DNA of 64,000 bases from Dimorphilus gyrociliatus (lineage: Eukaryota > Animalia > Annelida). The DNA is taken from the NCBI GenBank assembly GCA_904063045.1, contig CAJFCJ010000004.1, positions 675,713 through 739,712 of the forward strand, in the 5' to 3' direction. Shown piece after piece: positions 28,874 through 42,366 of this stretch (positions within the stretch are counted from its first letter, which is position 1; the number at the start of each line of letters is the position of its first letter). The notes beneath the pieces are model-generated. The model ran no database searches and was not told the origin of the DNA. It worked only from the letters and a program-made list of their open reading frames with translations. The position numbers were made by a program, and so were the translations under genes.

Positions 28874-31800
28874 TCAAGATCTTTTGGCTGTTGTTGGTCT
28901 TGGTGCTCTTGTTGCAGTTACAGGCCTAGGACCTTGTTTTACTCGTACTGCATCCCTGAAGGCGTGTAAAGTTTTATCAATATGTCTTCTCTCTTCAATT
29001 TCCGCTATTTTCTTTGATAGATTCTCGATTGATTTCTTCAAAAGAGACACTTGAATATCTAAAGCCTTTATAGCTTGATTTGTAGTAGTAACTTGGAGAG
29101 ATGAACTATCTTGTAGTAGAGAATTTGAAACAGTAAACATATATCTTTCGATATCATCATTCCATCTAACTCTATTTCTCACAACTCCTATCTTTTTAAG
29201 AGCATTTGACAACCACGGTACAGATTTTTCCATTTGAAGAGCGAGTTTTATGCTTCCTACCCGCCACGTGCTGCCCTCTCTTGCCTTTACAGCAACATAA
29301 GAGTCATTCATCATAGCAATAAGTAGATTCAGTAGAATTATAGTGGCCAGAATAATGTATATTAAATAAGTAATTCGAACCGTCCATATGGTCTTGTTTA
29401 CCTGTCGAAGAATATAATTAAAAAATTTGAATTATTCCCTTAAAACCTCTTATATTTACTTTCTCGTATTCTTTAACTAGTTCATCTCCTTCAAACAAAC
29501 TAGACATGCCAATCATCATATTAAAAACTGTAAATATTGTATCCCATTGAGAGGTGAACGTACTTAGGAGTCCAGGAGCCATTAGAAATAGAGAATGTAA
29601 AGCCAATGAAAATGCTAGCAAGACGAATATATAAAGGAAGAGAAATCGAATTATATCCCTAATAATAATGTATTTAAACATTATTGAGAAGGCAAAAATA
29701 GCTTCAAAGCCCTGCGTGAAACTTATTGAAAACATCCACCCGAATACGTAAGCAACGGCTAAAGGATAATTTCTATCGCCACTGGAAACTCTATACAGGA
29801 TATACCAAGCAATCAGAGAAGCAGAAAATATCAAACATGTTATTTGCGACATGTAATCTATTACAAAATCTAGCAGTCTAGTAAAGATATTCCTAGTATC
29901 TTCTCTATCCGATTTCCAACTTTTCCTAAATTTCTTTGTACAATTTACATAGACTTTCTGTAGACCGTAATAAAATACGAATAATAGTAGAATTACCGGC
30001 CATATCAGTAACAAACCTAAAGAAAGGTAAAATATGTAGAAACGATTTATATAATTAAATAATTTACCAGCAAGTGATGAAACATCATTTTTTTCGGAAA
30101 ATTGAATACCAAATACACTCAGAGTAGTCATATAGCCTATATGGATGACCATAAGAATAACGAATAACCATCTATAAGGAGCCCAGTAATTTACAACCAA
30201 TTGTGCAATTGGCGTCATCCGAAGAATTTCGCTAGAAACGTTTATATCTTCAATATTGCAAATAAGATCTAAACAAGATGGTTTATTAGGTGTATCTTCT
30301 TTTATTTGGTTCTTTTTAGAATTAAAGCTTCTATTTATTTGTGTATTGGGAGTAAGGTTGCTTACATCAAACATAGTAGTTGTTTCATCTTTGAAGACGT
30401 ATACGTCTTTAAGATTCAAAAGAGATGCTAAAATATTTTTAGCGCCCAATTTTGCTGCAAACTCTACAACAGATAAATCACTATTATTTAGTTGACACGA
30501 TGTTAGATTAATTAATGAAGCCCTTCTGTATTCATCATACAAGTCTGTATCATTATCAGGCAGAGTAAGGTCGTTTACAACGCACCACCATCTTGTTGAT
30601 CCTTTTATGATTTCGTTTAGAGTAGGCATATAATCTATATTTGTTGATATAGACGCTTGTACTAAGGTATGTAAAACTGTATTTCCTCTCTTATCCTTTA
30701 AAAGTAGATTGCAGCCAGCCTTGAGCAATATCTCAACATGTTCATTCTTCGCAAGTTTTGCAGCTGAATTTACAATAATCAAATTAGCTTAATTAGAGTA
30801 ATAAATTTTTTGTCAAACCTAAATGTAAAGGAGATTCTCCTACGATATTTTGAGCATCAATTGGCAAAGATTTAGCGTCAAAAGTTCCAAGTAGGATTTG
30901 TAAGAGGTTAGCGGAAGCGTATCGAACAGCCACGTGAACTACAGTATCCCCATCTCTATTTTGAGCTTTTGGATTAACAACATCTAAAGTTTTTAATAAA
31001 TCAGATCTTTCAAAACGTGCAGCAATATGAAGAATTGTGTTTCCTTGCTTATCACCGTTGTTAACATGAGACCAACTAGCCGTTTTGACTAAGACCTCAA
31101 TTAAAGAAGAGACAATTTCCGGCGATGACGATTTTGCAGCAACATGAACTACACTTTCTCCTTGTTCATTGTAAATGCTTAGTTTAGACTTTTTTAATAA
31201 AACTAATAGTTTAAAGGTAATCAATCGTTGGTTAGATCATTTTATGCTTTACATACAATATATATGTTTTTATTATAAAGAGTAATTCAACAATTGATTA
31301 CCTTTAACAGACTCGCTCAGATCGTATCGAACTGCAACATGTAGTGCAGTTTCACCATTTTTACTTTGTAAATCTACTAGGCTGTGGTCTAAAAATTCTG
31401 AAAGAAATTCGGAATGATTTTCCCTTGCTCCAACGTGTAAAATAGTATTTCCATGTTCATCGCAACCTTGTAAGTCAACCCCATATTCTTTGAATTCTTT
31501 AATTGCCGATACAGAACCGTAATAAGCTGCTATATGAAGTGGACTACGTGTATTTTCTGGAAATATTAATTTCGATAAGCGACGTGTTTGCATGTAAAAT
31601 TGAATAAACAATTCCAATAGAGTTGTATCTTTCTTTTCAATTGCTATATGCCAAAGAGAAGTTCCATCTTTGCTGCTATGATCCAATCTTGCACCGTTCT
31701 CCAAGAGGAGGTTTACTATTTCACAATGATCACCCATTGCAGCTAACTGAAGAGGTGTTTCTCCAAGTTCATTGAGAAAGTCAACACTCGCACCTTTGTT

Positions 31801-33017
31801 CAGGAGTATTTTGGCACATGTTGTATGGCCGAGGGCACTTGCATAGTGAAGGGCAGTTTCATGTCCGTGTATTGTTGTGTCAACATTGGCGCCGTTTTCC
31901 AAGAGAATTTCAAGAATTTGGCTATAACCCATGGAAGCGGCTAAAATTAATGGCGAAACTAAGCCTAATTTACGGGTTTGATTTATATCAGCTTTCCCCT
32001 CCTCAATTAAGACCTTAACCATGTCTGGAAAACCGTAACGTATTGCCCAATACAAAGGCGTGGATCCTTTATCATTCTGATGTTGCAAATTGGCTTTTAA
32101 TGTTATCATAGCCTTAACTGTTTCTATGTGATTCCATCTGTAAAATATTAAAAAATTTCTTTCATAATTAATCAACATAGTTATTATGATTAATTTCTCT
32201 AAGAATGTTATTTATGATATTATCGAACATAAATATTAAATATAAATTTGATAGTAAAAGTTTGTGTTCACCTTGCCGCCCAAAGAACTGGTGTATCATT
32301 TTTGTTGTTAGTTAAATTCACCGACATTCCAACTACTTCAACTAGGTATATGACTAATTCAGTATGGCCATGAAGAGCCGCGAGATGAAGTATTGACAGT
32401 AATCTTGGCCTTTGTCCAGCGATTTCAGTTAGGACAGTTTGATGAATATACGCTTGTTTGTTGTATTTGTTAGTTTCGATAACTGATAGAACATATTTAA
32501 TAGAATCTAAGTCACCATTCTCTGCTAGAATGTGTACAATATTCTTTTGAGATTGTAAACCTTTTACATATATATCAAAATTTTCTAAAATCATCTTCGG
32601 ATGATTATTCAAGATATAAGTAGTTACATCCTTCTTTTCGAGTAAAACTGCATGATGTAATAAGCTTTTCCCATTTAATTTAGCCGAAACTAAATCAGAA
32701 TTTTGTAATAAATTCAAGTTATTCTTTTCAACCGCGTCAAATAAATCTGAATAGTCAGTTTTATCTTCCACCGAGCCATTTCCGGCAATCTTTGAAATAG
32801 TTTTTAGTAGTCGTTTTTTTCCTGAAATCGGTCTGTCACATGTTTTCAATTGTTGTAGAAGAGCTATGTAATCTCCATCCAAATTAGGGTTATCAGGACT
32901 CTGATCCTTTATAGTTGATGCAGACAAGATCATTTCTAAATTCAAGTTTTGAAAATATTGACTATATTGAACAGCTCTGGCTTGTTTATATAAGTTGCTA
33001 GGTATTGGTTGAGGCAT
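28874..33017 (-). CDS. TRPV-type cation channel with an extended ankyrin-repeat N-terminus (about 6 exons)
   Basis: About 17-18 ankyrin repeats; TRPV-like DKRGNTVLHTLV; S4-S5 GWMFSISFTQGFE...IIRDIIRFLFLYIFVL; pore NMMIGMSS; S6 LLNLLIAMMNDSY; TRP-helix STWRVG. Confidence 0.88.
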
Positions 33018-33624
33018 ATACAATTCAATGAAGGGTGAATTTTATCGATATTTCTTGAGAATATTGTGTTCAAGTTATATTCGCAATAAAAATATGTATT
33101 AAAATATCAACCATTGCGTAATAGTTATAAATAATAAACATATGATAGTAAACGGTTTACTGAATTTTAAAGTATATAATATATACATATATATACTTAT
33201 AAATTTATATTAAAAAGAAAACCAGTACTTACCAAACTTTTAGACAAACAATAATACAGGAGTGAATGCTTTTTAATAATTTCATAAAGAGAAATAATTG
33301 CAAATTATTAACGATTAATATGAATTATCTTAAATGCTCAGATATAATATGATTCAGACATTGTATCAATTTTTTTTAAACAAAATTAAACAAAAAAAAG
33401 ATATATATATATTCAATTAAAACGAAAAGTAAGCATATTCTTAGCATTCTTGAATTGTATGAAAAAAGAGCTTCTTATGTGTTTATTGTCAAGAATCCAT
33501 ATTATAGACATATAATAGCATTTGAATACTATAAATTCTCAACTGTCATTTCTATCTCTTAATTTTTTGCATAAATTTATAATTATATTTTTTTCGTTGA
33601 GGTGGATGGAAGAATTTTTGTGAA

Positions 33625-36104
33625 TTAATTCAAAACTGGTTTCATATCCCATAACTGCAATAAAAAAGTCTTTTTTAGTGTACTATAATTTCTATTATAA
33701 ACATAATTAACCTTCATTATTTTGTCTTTTCCCACAGTAAGGAGCATCTTTGTTCTACTTGAATAGCTTGCATTTACTATATGATGTCTCGAATCGTGAA
33801 AGAAGGCTAATGGTTTTTTATCACTATCAGATATTGACTCGTCGCACCTATCGCATATTCTAACAGCGTATTCGAATCCTAACAACGGTATTGTTGTTCT
33901 TCTAGTGCTGCAGCTGTCACAAAAGGCAAGACCACATTTTCTGCAATGATGCTGTAAATAGACATAGATTACAATTAGCTAAAGCATTTATTATAGATTA
34001 TTGTTAATTACCTGGCGTCCACCTAAGGTTTTTTGTTGCCACATTGATTTGAAATTCCAAAAGAAAGGTCGATCGCATTTTTGGCAGTCATTACTTTCAG
34101 CCCATTCTGGACACTATTATTAATTAAAACAATAAATGAAATGTAAGTGTAACACTAATAACTGTCTTCTTTTACATACTTCATTTCTTTGAACTTTTAA
34201 ATCCCAAATACCAATTGTACAATCATCGCTTGCAGAGACTAATACTTTAGATTCAGGAATGTAAACAACAGATTGAACTTTTTCTCTGTGACCTTGAAGT
34301 TCGAAGGCGGTACCTTTCTGACCTCCAATATCCCATACGACTATACTTTGATCAAAGCTACCAGAAAATAACAGCTGCTTCTGCGAATCCCAACATAGGC
34401 AACATATACTTCCAGAATGGCCTTTTAGAGTTGTAACCAATTCTAAGCCTATTATAAAAAAAAATTTCGTTACAACTATATTGTAGATGGCGTAAATGCG
34501 TTTATAGCCGAACAATATTTAATAAAACCATTCAAATGAATCCAGAATTACAACTACAATAGTCTAAAGTTTCGAAATCATATAAAATTTCGTTGTAAGG
34601 ATAAAGATAATCATTTTTTTTCTGTGTTTCAATAAAAAAGAGCGTGTTTTATTAAATGTAAGAATAGTACTATAAAATATATATAAATATACTGTATAAT
34701 AGATTGTTTAATATATTCTGACTCTTATTGAATTGTATAAAGATATTTTCGTATAGATAATACTGTAATTTTTCGTGTAGCTATTGTTATTTTGTTATCG
34801 AATTTTGTCTTACAATAAGGACCATTTTGTATTATTTGCTCTAAATGGCAGCTCTATTCGGAAAGCTAGGTACGTATAAGTGGCTACCATCTCAAAAGGG
34901 TATTTTACACTATACTTTCTCTTAATTAATAGCTTTATAATAAGTTCCTTAAATTAATTAACTAATAAGAAATAAAAAAAATATTTATAGATTTTACCTT
35001 CATTACTTGTTAGTTTTAGTAGAGAGACGTTTCCAGCGTAATCGCCAACGAATGCATACTTTGCTTGTGTATCATACCTTGAAAAAAAACGGTAAAAAAG
35101 AGTAAAAGAGCGTTACATAATTTAACTATATAACTAACTGTAAACAAGTACACCAAGCGTTCGTAACATAGCCACCCAGTCTTCTTCCAGTTTGAGTGCA
35201 ATGCCATTGAAAGTTTTTATCTCTGGAGCAGCTTAACAACCAATTATCAGTAGGACTAAATTGAACACTCGTGACTTTGAGTATATGAGCTAAAAAAAAA
35301 ATTATGACTATACGTTACATCGTTTGACAAGCAGAGAATAATAGATAGTAAGAAAAAAACAATATTAACAAATTATGTAATAAATAAAGAAATAATAATA
35401 TTACCAAGATAGTCACGTTCCTGTTTTAAACTATTATAGTCCTCTGAAACTTTGTACTCCTAATGAAACAAAATAGAAGAAATATAGACGCAGTCTTTTT
35501 TATATTGTTATTTATTATTATCTTTTTTTTTTGCTCATTTCGTATTTAGATTAAAAAGAAGGTGTTAACGAAAAATCTATCTATCTTATTTTAGAATATT
35601 TTGAATATACTTACGCTTATTGTTCCATTTTCCATTCCAATAAATAATTTATGAGTAACGTGTTCATATTCCAGGCAAGTTGGTATTGCTGTTCAAAACG
35701 ATTTCAAAAATAATATATACACATGTAAATAAATATATGTAATTGCTCAATTGTTAATTAGGAATGGATGTATTTACCAGGTAAATTGTGACAAATGCTA
35801 GGCCAATATTGACCAGTATCTCTTTTTAACCATATTCGAATTGTTCTGAAATTGTCATTCAAGTATTAGTCATTAGAGGCGTCGTTGCAATATTATACAC
35901 TATATATTAACATGTAGCAAGAGTAAAGAAAAAAAGGGTCGTTTACTTGTCATCGGAGATGCTAATCAATCCATCTTCATTTTGAATCAAAATAGCCATA
36001 TTTATATTATCCTCACAACTATCAATTTTTCTAAGTAATTGTAATTTCATTGTGTTATTAGGGTCAACACCGGGTGGTAGCGAATCCTTAATTTCAGCTG
36101 CCAT
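33625..36104 (-). CDS. WDFY2: WD repeat and FYVE domain protein (WDFY1/2 orthologue), about 10 exons
   Basis: MAAEI..., [27 protein letters not shown]...[48 protein letters not shown]...RQ|HHCRKCG...RICDRC. Confidence 0.94.
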
Positions 36105-36118
36105 GTTGCAACACTTTT

Positions 36119-36133
36119 CCCATAGATGGCGCT
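36119..36133 (+). promoter_or_regulatory. CTCF/YY1-like motif in the WDFY2 / 7TM bidirectional promoter
   Basis: CCCATAGATGGCGCT resembles the CTCF core (TAGATGGCGC) and the YY1 core (AGATGGCG). Confidence 0.35.
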
Positions 36134-36294
36134 GTTTAAACTGATTTGTGTTCCATATGATATTCCGGTGCCAACCAGACTACTTCCTAGAAATTTAGAG
36201 TTTCTCAACTATTTCACCTTTTATTTTGACGTAGTCGAATTGTTAGCTAGTCGATTGCTAACAAATTCGTTTATTGATAAATAAAGAAATCAGT

Positions 36295-38783
36295 ATGAGA
36301 CGTCTGGTGATAATATTCAGTTTCTACGCGTTAATATTTGTCTATTTGGCCGACTGCCGAATTTATAGGAAAGTGATCCGAATCTATTATAATAAAGAGG
36401 GTGCTCTGCATGACAGATTAATGGATAAAAATTTTGGATTTGAAGCTGGAGGTACTGCATCTGTCGACTTGGATTGTACTGATTCCAAGGTAAGAGAGCG
36501 GAAATTGTTTAATTCAATGACTTGCTATAGTAACAATAAAACTATAACACAAAAAGAAAAGAACATTTTCACTAAATCTTCTTTGATTACTATTATTTTT
36601 CTTGATAAATATATATTTTTCAAATGAAAATCTAATTGTTAACATTTCGGTAAGTTTGAAACTATAAAGAGAATATAATATAATACTCCCTTGTAAGATT
36701 ATCATTTACGTAATACTAAAAGAATGATGAAGATTTCTTTTCAATATTCTTAACAAAACTATTCTCTCTTAATACTTTCAATAGAAAATTATATTTCTAT
36801 TGAAATTTTCTCAAATAGATGTGATTTCTATTAATAGATTTGATATGTTGATCTAAATTATAGTTATTATACAATAGACAATCAGTGTGCATCTAACAAA
36901 CCATTTTTACCAGGTATGTAGAAAATCATTACAAATAGAATTCCTATACAATTCATGTACAAAAAGACTTTTATTGTACATAAATAAACTTGAAAATAGA
37001 TCTAGTTTGTTTAAACTATTTATACTAGTAATAATATAAAACTGAACATTTTTAAAGCTTCAATGTTTATACTATAATCTCTACAAACTAACTATGCAAT
37101 CACAGAGTCAAAAGCTTTTTCAAAGCAATAAATCTGTTAATTTAAATTCTTAAAGCCGTTCTCCAGTGACTTAAATAATTTAGTGGTCATGAAAATTGAG
37201 GATGAAGGTGTCTATTTCTATATGTCTGCATTCGTGTCTCAAATTTGGTTCTGTACTTTGTCGCCCACGCGCTCATAATACTCTAGAAAGATATGATTTA
37301 TTTTTGTTTCATGACTTATCCGATAGTTGCAAAACTTCTTGTTCTTTTCTCCTTTTTTTCTTCTATATTGCTTTGTTTTGCATACTTTTATGGATTCTAT
37401 TATATATATATATATATAAGGAGAGACAGATAGAGAGAGTAAAGAATATTTGATTTTCAAGTGTAAAAAATCCATAAATATAATCTATACGATAGAGTCA
37501 TATTCTAATAATAATAGGTGATACTATAATATATAATTTTAATAATATTGAAACTTTTTAATAAAAGCTTCATCTTTATACGTAAATTGTGTTTAATTTT
37601 GTTTTCTTCTCATCCCACGCCTTACCTTTTTCGCTTAATTAGTACGAGTATGAAAAAAAAGGAACTGAATGAACTCATCATACATTACAATAAGAATGTT
37701 TTACTTTAATGCATAAATCATGTCTCATTGTTGATTCGTCGTTTAATTGTAAACTTTGGCAAAAGGTTATCGCTGTTTTCTATTAATTGGCTTATATCTC
37801 CCACCAAATAAGGAATTTTGTAATAAAAAGTGCCTCCTTGAAAGGAGCAACAGATTCGTCTCTTTTTATCTCGTTTTCATACTTTTAATTAACATTTATA
37901 TTATTACGTCTAGACATGAGAAGACGCAGTCAGTTAACATAGTATCTTGTAAAACTGTAGCTATTAAACCTACTTTATAGTAATATTTTTATGATAACTA
38001 TTTTTTTGAAGGAATTATTACTTTTTTTTTTAAATATTTTAATTAGTAGAATTCGATAAATTGTAATAAACATGAGCGTTTATTCATTCATATACAATAC
38101 GCATTATGTATAATACGTGTACTATACATACGGTATATGTGTTCATTTTATAAAATAAACTCAAACATATAGTAAAATTGCATATTTAAATAGAAAGCTT
38201 TCCAAACAGGTCGAATTTTGCGAAAGAATGTATTTTTCGTGTTATAAATTATAGTAAAAGTTTACGAATTCTATGCATATTTTCTTATTATCTACAGCAT
38301 ACCTTTTTGTTTTTCAGTTGGCTTCACGTTATCCTGCAGCTGTTAAGCCAAACTTGTGGCTAATTGTCTGCAGCATTTCAGAAGGCCCAGTTACCTTTGT
38401 AAGTATATATACCTCTTATATACTGTATACGTCTATAATAAAAAAGCAAAATTAATTATCTTTTCTTATGTAGCTAGATAAAATAACCTTCTAAACCTCA
38501 AGATCTTTTAATATCTAATTAAACTTAAACATAGAAAGTAACATTATTATTTATTTATTCGGTATTAAGATGCTATATAGCTTTTTTGTATGCAATATAA
38601 AGTAAGTCAAATTAACTTGAAATAGGACAAGATACAATGGTTTTAAATAAGCTTCTTTCTTTTCTGTTTTTGTTTTTATCTAGAATATAAACTTGTAAAT
38701 AGTAACATTAAATAAATAGGTCGATGACAAAATTTAGTAACCTGATATATAAATACAAGATAAATAGACCTCTTCCAATGGTT

Positions 38784-38831
<48 letters not shown>

Positions 38832-41800
38832 CTTAAGCTCTTTTTCTTTTCATAAATCCGATAAAAATAAACAGTTTGAGAGTAAGATAAAGATACAAGT
38901 AAAATTCTTGCCCGTTTTAATTAGAATAAAAGATAAAATAATCAGAATAAATACTATCAGTACTTTTTCCAGACATATAAACCAACAGAAAATGTGTGTT
39001 ATTGTTTCAAATATGATATAAAACAGGGAAATTAGCAAATTGTTTTAAAGAATATATAAAGATTAAACAGAAAATCAACTGGACATATCATGTTAACACA
39101 TTACTATTTCCAATCTTCTTATTTTTTCTCTATAGTATTTCTTTTCTTTGAACAATTCTTCTTTTCCTTCCTTAAATAAAGAAATTAGAGTCAACACAGT
39201 CCATTGAAAAATGAATGATTTCTTTTCTTCTAGTATATACTCTAATATGCATTATATATGTATATATTTCAAGTATAAGTATCAGAATATATCTATCATA
39301 TGCTTCAAATACTGTATATAATATATTAGAGAAATTATTTAATCTCTCTCCCTTTCTTTCTTCCTCCCCTCTCCTCCGCGCGTTCTCTATATATCTCTCT
39401 CTTAACGAAATTAAAACCAAATGCTTTTTTTTTCATTTCACAAAAATTTAAAATAACATAATAATGTTACTTTTGACCTTTTAAACCAAGATTTCGAAGA
39501 ATTTAGACCTTATCCTCATTCTTGCAAACAAGAGACCTTAGTGTTCTTTCCTTGAACTAATTATTTATAGAGTTGTTAATAAAAAATGTTCTTTTTTACT
39601 AAGCTAAAATTATTCTAATTGTATATTTACAGTTTTCATCAGCCAGTCCTCCATCAACGCTACTTAGATGTAATTATCTAGAAACGAAACCTACTTTGAC
39701 ACCTGAATCAGGGTGTGTACGGGAGAGATTAGTTAATAATGAAGCAAAATTAACTGTTTTAGAAAGGAAATTTCATTTTGTTACGCTTGCACAATGTCCA
39801 GACTCAAACGTTAATAATCAAACATACAGTTGGCCTCAAAGATGCTCAGCTAAAGTAACTCTGTTGAATTTGAATGGGAATCATTTGAGTACTGATGAAT
39901 TTGCAATGCCTCTGATTTATACTGCTTTATGTATTATATGGCCTGGTCAACTAACTATATGGTTTTTCAATTTTTTCCTTCATTTCAGGGTAAGCAACAA
40001 CACATTTTATAAAAGTATTGTAAAATGTTTCAACTATTATATAACCTACTTTTTATAATAAAGTAAATATGAAGGGAAAACTTTCTTTTTTTTTTCATCT
40101 TCTCAATTGTTTCCCTGACCTAAACTAATCATTTAAGTATTTTGTTACCTACAATTTTTTCCTTCTGACATCTATAATCTATATTATATATCAATTTTTT
40201 GTATAATTATATTAAAAGCACTTTTTATCAATCTCCTTTTTTCATCAATTCATTTTTTAAATATTCACAAGTCAAATTACAAGAACTAGTCTGTTAGAAT
40301 ATTAGAACGTATTTATATATTATACGATATATATATTAAAAATATATAAAATTTTCCAAGGATGATAATTGATATCTCTTCCAGATTTCACTAAGATCTA
40401 ATTAGCAGTCATTCTCAAAGAGTATAAAAAGCATATTTGCACTTGTATACAAATTCTATGCGTTCATATTAATTTTCCTGGAAATAAAAAGAACGATTTG
40501 GTTTCTCTGTATTATTCTTGTTGTATTTTAATAATTATTGATAAAAAGAAGAGAATAATATATACTGTATATATATCGTATAGAAGTTATCGTAACTCGT
40601 AGTTTTTTTATTAATGTACAAATGATAGCTATAATTTTAATAATGAATTTTTCTTTTTCAAAATCTATACAGCATTCAAATCGAATTCATCAATTGCTTA
40701 CCATAGCATTGTTTCTGAAGTTGATTTGTGTAGCCGTCGGGCTGTTGCAATGGCAAGATAGTGTTAGTCAAATAGGTATATATATATATATATATTTCAT
40801 TTCTTATTTCTCAATTATAAATGATATTTGTAAATGAAAAATATGAACTTTTTCGAACGTAAAATAAAATAACAAACATTTTTTAAGTAACTCAAAACAC
40901 TGAAAAATTTTTATCGATTATTTCTTGAGCAGGTGAGGAGAGAGATGATTACACTACTATCAATCTTTTGTGTTCTAATTTGGAAAAATCTCTATTATTT
41001 ACTCTAATGTTATTAATTAGTGCTGGATGGGCTATTATAAGAGTATACATCGCCAAAAATAGATTTACTGGCTGCTTAGGTAAGTAAAACTTTATTTTTA
41101 AAATATATGTTTTGTTACATATACATTAGCATATGAGGAATAAATAGTTTTGCGGAGAGGGTGGAGGGCGGACGGGTTTTAGTGAGGAAAGAGGTTAAAC
41201 AAGTGTTATTTGATTATTCTGTAGAAATACCAAAAATAAAAAAATAACCTTGAAAAGGGTAGAATTTATTCAAAGTGCACTGTAAATTACCATAAAAGTT
41301 CGCTTAGAATTACTCAAGCGTCAGCTTCATACGACGTTGGAGGCATGTCATTCAATTATGAATTTTAATAAGAATACTTTTAAGAAAAAATAATAGATCG
41401 AAACTATAACTTAAGTAATTAACAAAAGGAGATAAAATTAATGAATAGTCTATTTTTGACCTTGAAGTAAACAAACTCTTTCTTTTTCAATTTTTCAAAT
41501 AATGATCTTATTGTTTAGTATTATTATATTTATTGATTTCGTAACACAGTGCTGTTTCTTCTCTACTTTGCGTCCGTTACTAGTGCAAAGCTAATACACC
41601 ACTACGTAATGGTAAGTTGATCGATAAGTTATTCCTGTCGAGTTGTGTATATTTCATACTTTATACAATGAATATGTGCAGTACATAATCATGCAAAAAT
41701 TGATATATTTACAAACAAGTACTTCTTTTTTATAATAAACAGGCATTAACACTTTGCTTTACAATGTTCTCCATGTACAAAAGCATGAAATGGTGTTCAG

Positions 41801-42366
41801 AGAGCCTTGAAATTCTTCGAAAGATTCGTTCCAGATATCGACGTTTAATTAATCGTTTCAATTTGCGCTATCGATTTGGAACCATTACGATGGACCAACA
41901 GTTGGCAGCGAAGCAAAATATTCTGTCCGCATTTAGGAATATTTGTGCAGCTTATACTTTTGCATTTAGTCTCTTAAGATGTATCGACGCCATCTTTAAG
42001 GTAAACTTTATAAATCTGTACTTTTTTACCGCATTATGTTTTTATAGTGAAAACTTTAAAAAGTTATCTTATTTCAATAAACAGGACGTTGCGTACGTAA
42101 CGCCGCTTACTCAAGAACTCCCTGATTTCATACTTTACGTTAGTTTAATGCTATTATTCCGTCTAAGGAACTTTGATTCCTACGATAGAGTGGAAATGTT
42201 GGCTCAAAAGGAAGATGTTGCAATTATAGATCTTCCGGACGTCTGTGAATTGAATCCTCATTTTGTATTAGGAGTTCCTCTGTATAGGAAAGTTGAAAAG
42301 CAGACACAAACTCCTAATAGAAGAACTTGGTCAAGAACAAGACGATATATTAGTACTCAACTTTAG
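36295..42366 (+). CDS. Divergent GPR107/GPR108/TMEM87-like (GOST/LUSTR) seven-TM protein, about 8 exons
   Basis: Signal peptide, Cys-containing luminal domain, LLNLNGNHLSTDEFAMPLIY (cf. YLSAGEIPLPxLY), LLFTLMLLISAGWAII (cf. LLFxxIxLIGTGW), and final helix ELPDFILYVSLMLLFR. Exons near 36295, 38319, 39632, 40672, 40933, 41551, 41743 and 42086 join in frame. Confidence 0.75.
38787..38830. repeat. (TA)22 microsatellite in an intron
   Basis: Directly visible. Confidence 0.95.

Noticed and set aside
37188-37277. Short ORF MKIEDEGVYFYMSAF... in the 7TM gene intron
   Set aside because: Only about 29 codons, with no splice or homology support.
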